In this document: in pieces, positions 15,137 through 20,781 of the stretch
Position numbering within the stretch: the stretch's first letter is position 1
How the letters are laid out: the number at the start of each line of letters is the position of its first letter
Source: Candidatus Tepidifontimicrobium thermophilum
Lineage (GTDB): Bacteria > Sysuimicrobiota > Sysuimicrobiia > Sysuimicrobiales > Sysuimicrobiaceae
DNA length: 20,781 nt
Assembly: GCA_031459915.1 (NCBI GenBank)
Contig: JAVKHO010000011.1
Span: 1 to 20,781, forward strand
Direction: 5' to 3'
Notes under the pieces: generated by a model
What the model saw: the letters and a program-made list of their open reading frames with translations, nothing else
What the model was told of the DNA's origin: nothing
Databases searched by the model: none
Program-made: the position numbers and the translations under genes

Positions 15137-17535
15137 GCTCCCAGGTCCGCGAGGCTCTCGAGACCCTGGCGTACGGCCCGGCGCCGGAGGACCCGAAGCC
15201 CGTCCTGCGCTGGCTGGACGCCCGCGGACGGCGTTTCCGCCTGTTCATCGGGAACCAGTGGGTGGAGCCCACGAGCCGGGAGTGGTTCGAGACCCGAAAC
15301 CCCGCCACGGGGGAGCTGCTGGCGCACGTACCACAGGCCGGGCCGGAGGACGTGGAGCGGGCGGTGCGGGCCGCACGGGAGGCCCTGCCCGGGTGGAGCC
15401 GGACTGCTGACCACGTGCGGGCCCGCTACCTGTACGCCGTCGCTCGCCAGGTGCAGAAGCACGCGCGCCTGTTGGCCGTGCTGGAGACCCTGGACAACGG
15501 CAAGCCCATCCGTGAAAGCCGCGACGTCGACGTCCCCCTGGTAGCGCGGCACTTCTACCACCACGCGGGGTGGGCCCAGCTGCGGAGCCGAGAGTTTCCC
15601 GGCCACGAACCTGTGGGCGTGGTCGGGCAGATCATCCCGTGGAACTTCCCCCTTCTGATGGTCGCATGGAAGCTGGCGCCCGCCCTGGCCGCAGGGTCCA
15701 CCGTGGTCCTCAAGCCCGCAGAGCACACCCCGCTCACCGCCCTGGCCCTGTGCGAGATCCTCCTGGAGGTGGGACTCCCTCCAGGCGTGGTGAACGTGGT
15801 CACCGGCGACGGCCGCACCGGGGAACTGATCGTCCAGCACCCGGAGGTGGACAAGATCGCCTTCACCGGATCCACGGAGGTGGGGCGGCGGATCCGCCAG
15901 CTCACCGCGGGGACCGGCAAGCGGCTTTCCCTGGAGCTGGGGGGGAAGTCTCCCTTCGTGGTGTTCGAGGACGCAGACCTGGACGCGGCGGTGGAGGGCG
16001 TGGTGGATAGCATCTGGTTCAACCAGGGCCAGGTGTGCTGTGCGGGCTCCCGGCTGCTGCTGCAGGAAAGCATCGCCGACCGGTTCCTCGCCAAGCTGCG
16101 GTCCCGCATGGAGAAGCTCCGGGTGGGAGACCCGCTGGATAAGGCCGTGGACATGGGCGCCATCGTGGCCCCCGTGCAGCTGGAGCGCATCCGGCACCTC
16201 TGCGAGGTCGGCCTACGGGAGGGAGCCCGCATGTGGCAGCCTTCCTGGGCCGTGCCACAGGACGGCCTGTTCTTCCCACCCACCCTGTTCACCGACGTCT
16301 CCCCGGCCAGTACCCTCGCTCAGGTGGAGATCTTCGGCCCGGTGTTGGTCAGCATGACCTTCCGGAGTCCCGCAGAGGCCGTCGCTCTGGCCAACAACAC
16401 CCGCTACGGCCTCGCGGCGAGCGTGTGGACGGAGAACCTGAACCTGGCCCTGGACGTGGCCCGGCGGCTCCAGGCGGGTACCGTGTGGGTGAACTCCACC
16501 AACCTGTTCGACGCCGCCAGCGGCTTCGGCGGCTACCGGGAGAGCGGCTTCGGCCGCGAGGGTGGCCGGGAAGGGATGTGGGAGTACCTCCAGCCCGCGG
16601 AACCCCCGCGGGTCTTCGTCTGGCCCGGCGCGGGCTGGGCGACCCCGGAGGCCGCTGGGGGGCCCTCGGGCCACGCCGCCGCCCCTGCGGCCATCGACCG
16701 CACTCCGAAGCTGTACGTAGGCGGCCGCCAGGTACGCCCCGATGCCCCGTACGTGCGGTACGTGTTCGGCCCCGACGGTCGGCTGGTGGGCGAGGTGGGG
16801 GAGGGTGACCGCAAGGACGTCCGCAACGCCGTAGAGGCCGCCCGCACTGCCCTGGCGGCCTGGAGCGCGGCCTCGGCCCACGCCCGTGCCCAGGTCCTGT
16901 ACTACGTGGCGGAGAACCTACACGCCCGTGCCGAGGAGTTCGCCCGGCGCATCGCGGCCATGACCGGCGAGCCGGAGCTCGCGGAGCGGGAGGTGCAGGC
17001 GGGGGTGGAACGGCTGTTCACCTACGCCGCCTGGGCGGACAAATTCGACGGTGCGGTGCACGCCACCGCGGACGCCCGCCTGCTGGCCTTCGCCGTGCAC
17101 GAGCCCGTGGGCGTGGTCGGGGTCGCCTGTCCGGACGAGTTCCCCCTCCTCGGCTTCGTTTCCCTGGTGGCGCCTGCAGTGGCCCTGGGCAACACCGTGG
17201 TGGCGATCCCCTCTCCCCGACACCCGCTGGCGGCGACCGACTTCTACCAGGTCCTGGACACTTCCGACGTGCCCGGTGGGGTGATCAACATCGTCACCGG
17301 AGACCGGGAAGCCCTGGCGGCGGTCCTGGCCCAGCACGACGACGTGGACGCAGTGTGGTACTTCGGTACGCCGGAGGGTGCGGCCGCGGTGGAGCGGGAG
17401 TCCGCAGGCAACCTCAAGCGCACGTGGACCTGCACCGGACCCCGTGACTGGCTCGACCCACGTTGGGCAGAGGGCCACCCGTTCCTGCGCCAGGCCACGC
17501 AAGTCAAGAACATCTGGGTCCCGCACGGCGAGTGA
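15133..17535 (+). CDS. Aldehyde dehydrogenase, ALDH16-like (full ALDH plus an extra C-terminal Rossmann-like domain), about 800 aa
   Basis: GTG 15133 overlaps the deoC stop (GTGA). IIPWNFP, KPAE, FTGSTEVG, LELGGKSP, NQGQVCCAGSR (catalytic Cys), EIFGPV, FGGYRESGFGREGG. A second NAD-domain-like repeat (KLYVGG...EPVGVVG...PGGVINIVTG) lacks a catalytic domain. Confidence 0.93.
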   Translation: MSSQVREALETLAYGPAPEDPKPVLRWLDARGRRFRLFIGNQWVEPTSREWFETRNPATGELLAHVPQAGPEDVERAVRAAREALPGWSRTADHVRARYLYAVARQVQKHARLLAVLETLDNGKPIRESRDVDVPLVARHFYHHAGWAQLRSREFPGHEPVGVVGQIIPWNFPLLMVAWKLAPALAAGSTVVLKPAEHTPLTALALCEILLEVGLPPGVVNVVTGDGRTGELIVQHPEVDKIAFTGSTEVGRRIRQLTAGTGKRLSLELGGKSPFVVFEDADLDAAVEGVVDSIWFNQGQVCCAGSRLLLQESIADRFLAKLRSRMEKLRVGDPLDKAVDMGAIVAPVQLERIRHLCEVGLREGARMWQPSWAVPQDGLFFPPTLFTDVSPASTLAQVEIFGPVLVSMTFRSPAEAVALANNTRYGLAASVWTENLNLALDVARRLQAGTVWVNSTNLFDAASGFGGYRESGFGREGGREGMWEYLQPAEPPRVFVWPGAGWATPEAAGGPSGHAAAPAAIDRTPKLYVGGRQVRPDAPYVRYVFGPDGRLVGEVGEGDRKDVRNAVEAARTALAAWSAASAHARAQVLYYVAENLHARAEEFARRIAAMTGEPELAEREVQAGVERLFTYAAWADKFDGAVHATADARLLAFAVHEPVGVVGVACPDEFPLLGFVSLVAPAVALGNTVVAIPSPRHPLAATDFYQVLDTSDVPGGVINIVTGDREALAAVLAQHDDVDAVWYFGTPEGAAAVERESAGNLKRTWTCTGPRDWLDPRWAEGHPFLRQATQVKNIWVPHGE

Positions 17536-17900
17536 GTCTGAGGGCCGGCTGCCTCCTCGCAACCCTCGTGCTGGCTGCCTGCGCCCGGCCGCCCGACGTG
17601 GCTGGTACGTGGGAGGGCGACTGGGACTCCGCGGACGGCACGAGCCGCGGCACCTTCCGGGTCCACGTGACCCAGCGCGGGAACCGGATCTCGGGCCGCA
17701 TCCAGGTGAGCGGGACATGGTTTTCCGACGCGCGGGTGGACGGCGTGGTGGAGGGCTCGCGGGTGCGGTGGGGCGTGTTGCGTGGAGGAGTTGCCGTCCT
17801 TACGTTCGAAGGAACTGTGGAGGACGGACGCAGTTCGGGCGTGTACCGTGGTCCAGCCGGGTCGGGGAAGTGGGCCGCCCGAAGACTGCGGCCGCCGTGA
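17532..17900 (+). CDS. Hypothetical lipoprotein, predicted beta-rich
   Basis: GTG 17532 overlaps the ALDH stop (GTGA). MSLRAGCLLATLVLAAC ends in the lipobox LAAC, followed by DVAGTWEGDW and alternating beta-strand patterns. Confidence 0.75.
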   Translation: MSLRAGCLLATLVLAACARPPDVAGTWEGDWDSADGTSRGTFRVHVTQRGNRISGRIQVSGTWFSDARVDGVVEGSRVRWGVLRGGVAVLTFEGTVEDGRSSGVYRGPAGSGKWAARRLRPP

Positions 17901-17913
17901 GGAGGCGGAGGGG

Positions 17914-19029
17914 TTGGCGTACGACGCCGTCGTCGTCGGGCTAGGCGGAGCCGGCAGCTCAGCCGCCTACCACCTGGCTCGCCGCCGCCTGCGGGTGCTG
18001 GGCCTTGAGCAGTTCGGGCCCGGGCACGACCGGGGTTCCAGCCACGGCCGCACCCGCATCACGCGACAGGCGTACTTCGAGCACCCCCACTACGTGCCCC
18101 TGCTGCTGCGGGCGTACGAGCTGTGGCAGGACCTCCAGCAGCGCACCGGCACGGAACTCCTCCGCATCTGCGGCGGTCTCATGGTGGGCCCGGCCACCGG
18201 CGCCCTGGTGTCCGGAGCCCTGCGCAGCGCCCGGGAGTACGGCCTGCCCCACGAGCTGTTGAGCGCCGCCGACGTCCGCGCCAGGTTCCCCGCCTTCCGG
18301 CTCGCCGAGGACGAGCAGGCGCTGTACGAGCCGCGGGCGGGCGTCCTCTTTCCCGAAGCCTGCGTGCGGGCCCACCAAGAGCTGGCGGTCTCCCACGGCG
18401 CGGAGCTGCGCTTTCACACCCGGGTCTTGGACTGGCACAGCGACGGCGCGCGGGTGTGGGTCCGTACCGACGGGGGTACGGAGGAAGCCGGCAGCCTCGT
18501 GCTGGCGGCGGGACCGTGGATGCCGGAGGTGGTCCGCTGCCCGCTCGAGCTCTCCGTGGAGCGCCAGGTGGTGTTCTGGTTCAGGCCCCGGCGGCCGGAG
18601 TGGTTCACTCCGGACCGGTTCCCGGTTTTCGTGTGGGAGACCCCGGAGGGGTTCTTCTACGGGATCCCCGCGGTGGGCGGACGCGGGTTTAAGGCGGCGC
18701 GCCACCACGGCGGCCAGACCGTCCACCCCGACCGTGTACCGCCGGTGCGACCCGAGGAGGCCGGGTGGCTGCGGGCCCAGCTGAGGCTGCGGCTCCCGGA
18801 GGCCGACGGCGAGCTGGAGGACGCGGCCACCTGCCTCTACACGAACACCCAGGACGAGCACTTTGTGCTGGACCGACACCCCGAGTTCGGAAACGTGGTG
18901 ATCTGCTCCGCCTGCTCGGGCCACGGGTTCAAGTTCACCAGCGTGGTGGGGGAGGTGGCCGCGGACCTCGCCACGGAAGGTGCCAGCCGGCTGCCCGTGG
19001 GGTTCCTGTCCCTGCGGCGCTTCCAGTGA
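17914..19029 (+). CDS. solA: N-methyl-L-tryptophan oxidase / monomeric sarcosine oxidase family flavoprotein
   Basis: TTG 17914 after GGAGG. YDAVVVGLGGAG (FAD-binding), HDRGSSHGRTRITRQAY, CLYT (covalent-flavin Cys position), SGHGFKF. The substrate cannot be determined from sequence. Confidence 0.88.
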   Translation: MAYDAVVVGLGGAGSSAAYHLARRRLRVLGLEQFGPGHDRGSSHGRTRITRQAYFEHPHYVPLLLRAYELWQDLQQRTGTELLRICGGLMVGPATGALVSGALRSAREYGLPHELLSAADVRARFPAFRLAEDEQALYEPRAGVLFPEACVRAHQELAVSHGAELRFHTRVLDWHSDGARVWVRTDGGTEEAGSLVLAAGPWMPEVVRCPLELSVERQVVFWFRPRRPEWFTPDRFPVFVWETPEGFFYGIPAVGGRGFKAARHHGGQTVHPDRVPPVRPEEAGWLRAQLRLRLPEADGELEDAATCLYTNTQDEHFVLDRHPEFGNVVICSACSGHGFKFTSVVGEVAADLATEGASRLPVGFLSLRRFQ

Positions 19030-19055
19030 GCTCCGGTGGGCTACACTAGTCGGAG

Positions 19056-19709
19056 ATGGACACGCGGGTAGGTGGCACCACGTCGTCCGCACACGTTCCG
19101 CCTGGCGAGCTCCCCCTCTCCCGCATCCTGGAGGAAGCGCTTTCGGAGGCTTCCTCCGGCCCCGTGACGGTGGGGCAGCTGGCGGAGCGCATGGAAGAGC
19201 GAGGCTTCGGGCTCCTGATCATCCTCCTGAGCCTGGTCACCCTGATCCCCGTCCTCCCCCCGGGGTCCGCAGCGGGGGTGGGCCTCCTGTACGTGGTGGG
19301 CGCCCTCCAGATGGCGGCGGGCCGCCGCCGGCCGTGGCTGCCGCGCCGGCTATCGGAGTACCGGCTGTCCGGCAGGGCCGCGGAGCGGCTGCGCACCCGC
19401 GGGGTATCCGTCCTGCAGCGGGTGGAGCGGTTCTCCCGGCCGCGCTGGACCCCGCTCAGTGACGAGGCTTTACTCCGGGCTTCCTCGGTGGTGGTCCTGC
19501 TCATGGGGGTCGTGCTGTTCCTGCCCCTCCCCTTTTTGAACACGCTCCCCGGGCTTTCCATGCTGGCGGTGGGCATCGGCCTGATGAACCGGGACGGGGT
19601 ATTCCTGCTGGTGGGGACCGGGCTGGCCGGGGTGGTGCTGGCCCTGGTGGGCTTCGGCGTGGAAGCGCTGCGGGCGTTCGTCCGGTGGGCACTGTCGTGG
19701 AGACCCTAG
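19056..19709 (+). CDS. exoD: ExoD family membrane protein
   Basis: VTVGQL...ERGFGLLIILL..IPV.PPG...LQM..GR.RPWLP...ERFSRPRW...LPLPFLNTLPG...GL..RDG matches the ExoD pattern. Confidence 0.88.
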   Translation: MDTRVGGTTSSAHVPPGELPLSRILEEALSEASSGPVTVGQLAERMEERGFGLLIILLSLVTLIPVLPPGSAAGVGLLYVVGALQMAAGRRRPWLPRRLSEYRLSGRAAERLRTRGVSVLQRVERFSRPRWTPLSDEALLRASSVVVLLMGVVLFLPLPFLNTLPGLSMLAVGIGLMNRDGVFLLVGTGLAGVVLALVGFGVEALRAFVRWALSWRP

Positions 19710-20545
19710 GCTTGCGGTTCCAGGCAGAGAGGGTCCCCGGCAAGGGCCGGGGCAAGCAGCTGGGTTTCCCCACCGTCAACCTGAGGGTACCGGAGGGGCT
19801 GTCGCTGCCCCACGGTATCTACGCGTGCTGGGTGCGCATCGGCGACCGCACCTATCCGGGCGCCCTGCACTACGGTCCGGTCCCCTCCTTCGGCGAGGAG
19901 GAGCCCTCTCTGGAGGTGCACGTCCTGGACCACGTGCTGGACGTCACCCCCGAGACGGTCGAGGTGGAGGTGGTGCGCTGGCTGCGTCCCGTGCTGGCGT
20001 TCGACTCCGCGGAGGCCCTGCGGGCCCAGATGGAGCGGGACGTGGAGGCGTGCCGGGAGGTCCTGGGCCTTGCCGCGGACCCCGTGTCCCGCGTAGCAGC
20101 GGAGCTCCGGCGGAACAACGCCTCGTTCCGCCTGCACCGGTTCTCCCAGAGCACCCGCACCGCCTTCGAAGCCGCCCGGGCGCTGGGGACCACCCCGGAC
20201 CGCATCGTGAAGTCGGTGCTGTTCCTGGCGGACGGGCAGCCCGTCCTGGCCCTGGTGTCCGGAGCCTACCGGGTCAGCACCGACAAGCTCGCCCGCGCCT
20301 GCGGGGCCGACCGGGTCCGGGCCGCGGACCCCGAAACGGTGGCCCGGCTGACGGGTTTCCCTGCAGGTGCGGTGCCGCCCGTGGGGCACGCCACCCCCGT
20401 GGTCGTGTTCATGGACGACGCGCTGCTGGTCGCGGATCTGGTTTACGCAGGTGCCGGAGATCCCAACACCCTGGTCGCCATCTCGCCGCAGGACCTCCTG
20501 CGGGTGACGTCCGCCCGCGTGGTGGAACTCCGGGAGGCCCCCTGA
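19697..20545 (+). CDS. Riboflavin kinase domain fused to a YbaK/EbsC (INS superfamily) aminoacyl-tRNA deacylase-like domain
   Basis: N-half: GKGRGKQLGFPTVN, GIYA, EVHVLD, LRP...F.S.EAL..QM..D. C-half: TRTAFEAARALG....IVKSVLF, TGFPAGAVPPVGH, AGAG. One continuous frame. Start is GTG 19697 or 19685, overlapping the end of exoD. Confidence 0.85.
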   Translation: METLGLRFQAERVPGKGRGKQLGFPTVNLRVPEGLSLPHGIYACWVRIGDRTYPGALHYGPVPSFGEEEPSLEVHVLDHVLDVTPETVEVEVVRWLRPVLAFDSAEALRAQMERDVEACREVLGLAADPVSRVAAELRRNNASFRLHRFSQSTRTAFEAARALGTTPDRIVKSVLFLADGQPVLALVSGAYRVSTDKLARACGADRVRAADPETVARLTGFPAGAVPPVGHATPVVVFMDDALLVADLVYAGAGDPNTLVAISPQDLLRVTSARVVELREAP

Positions 20546-20547
20546 GC

Positions 20548-20781
20548 TTGCGCCCCCTGCCCCTGAACCTGGAGCTGATCCGCATGCGGGCTGCGGACAT
20601 CCGCAGCGAGCTTGACCGCCTGCGGGCCTACGCGGCAATCCCCGAGGCTGCCTTCACCGGAGACCCGGAAAAGACCCGCGCCGCCCGGTACGGGCTCATC
20701 GTGGTGGTGGAGGCCGCGGCTGCGATCTGCACCCACCTGTGCGCCCGCCACGGGCGGGCTCCGGACAGCTACCCCGGATGT
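20548..20781 (+). CDS. HepT-like / DUF86 HEPN ribonuclease family protein; partial, runs off the right edge
   Basis: Not in the ORF track; translated by hand from TTG 20548 (SD GGAGG 20533-20537): MRPLPLNLELIRMRAADIRSELDRLRAYAAIPEAAFTGDPEKTRAARYGLIVVVEAAAAICTHLCARHGRAPDSYPGC. This fits the DUF86 N-terminal pattern (F..D.....A.RY....EA...I..H......P.SY). The catalytic RX4-6H motif would lie outside the window. Confidence 0.75.
   Translation, partial: MRPLPLNLELIRMRAADIRSELDRLRAYAAIPEAAFTGDPEKTRAARYGLIVVVEAAAAICTHLCARHGRAPDSYPGC

Noticed and set aside
664..20751. Many long alternative-frame and antisense ORFs (e.g. 664..2214, 2456..3901, 7880..9073, 15103..16197, 17959..19092)
   Set aside because: Expected shadow ORFs in high-GC DNA with few stop codons; they have biased composition, no recognisable motifs and lie over well-supported genes.
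1..20781. CRISPR array, tRNA/rRNA, IS element or prophage
   Set aside because: No regularly spaced repeats, cloverleaf, transposase, integrase or phage genes seen. Intergenic gaps are at most about 230 nt and composition looks uniform.

Overview
Very GC-rich (about 70% or more, judged by eye), gene-dense bacterial window with 18 supportable CDSs. I found no CRISPR array, rRNA, tRNA or mobile element. The left block (1-7.2 kb) is a stress/redox cluster: a partial DoxX/DoxD-like membrane protein, a tandem universal stress protein, a solitary bioY, and a minus-strand run of two-domain multicopper oxidase, membrane-anchored cupredoxin, CBS-BON protein and GNAT-acyl-CoA synthetase fusion. That run sits downstream of a sigma70-like promoter with a perfect 18-bp palindrome. 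The middle holds a small hypothetical gene, a YtfJ/GerW-family gene and two tandem PAS/GAF-HD-GYP paralogs, one with a degenerate metal site. The right block is a tightly coupled plus-strand run: long-form deoC, ALDH16-like dehydrogenase, lipoprotein, solA-like flavoenzyme, exoD, riboflavin kinase-YbaK fusion and a partial HepT/DUF86-like RNase. The best leads are the oxidase with type-1 copper ligands in both domains (apparent type A) plus its cupredoxin, the kinase-YbaK fusion abutting the HepT-like gene, the active/degenerate HD-GYP pair, and the Pat-like protein retaining both phospho-His motifs. All calls come from reading motifs by eye; no searches were run, so novelty is unverified.
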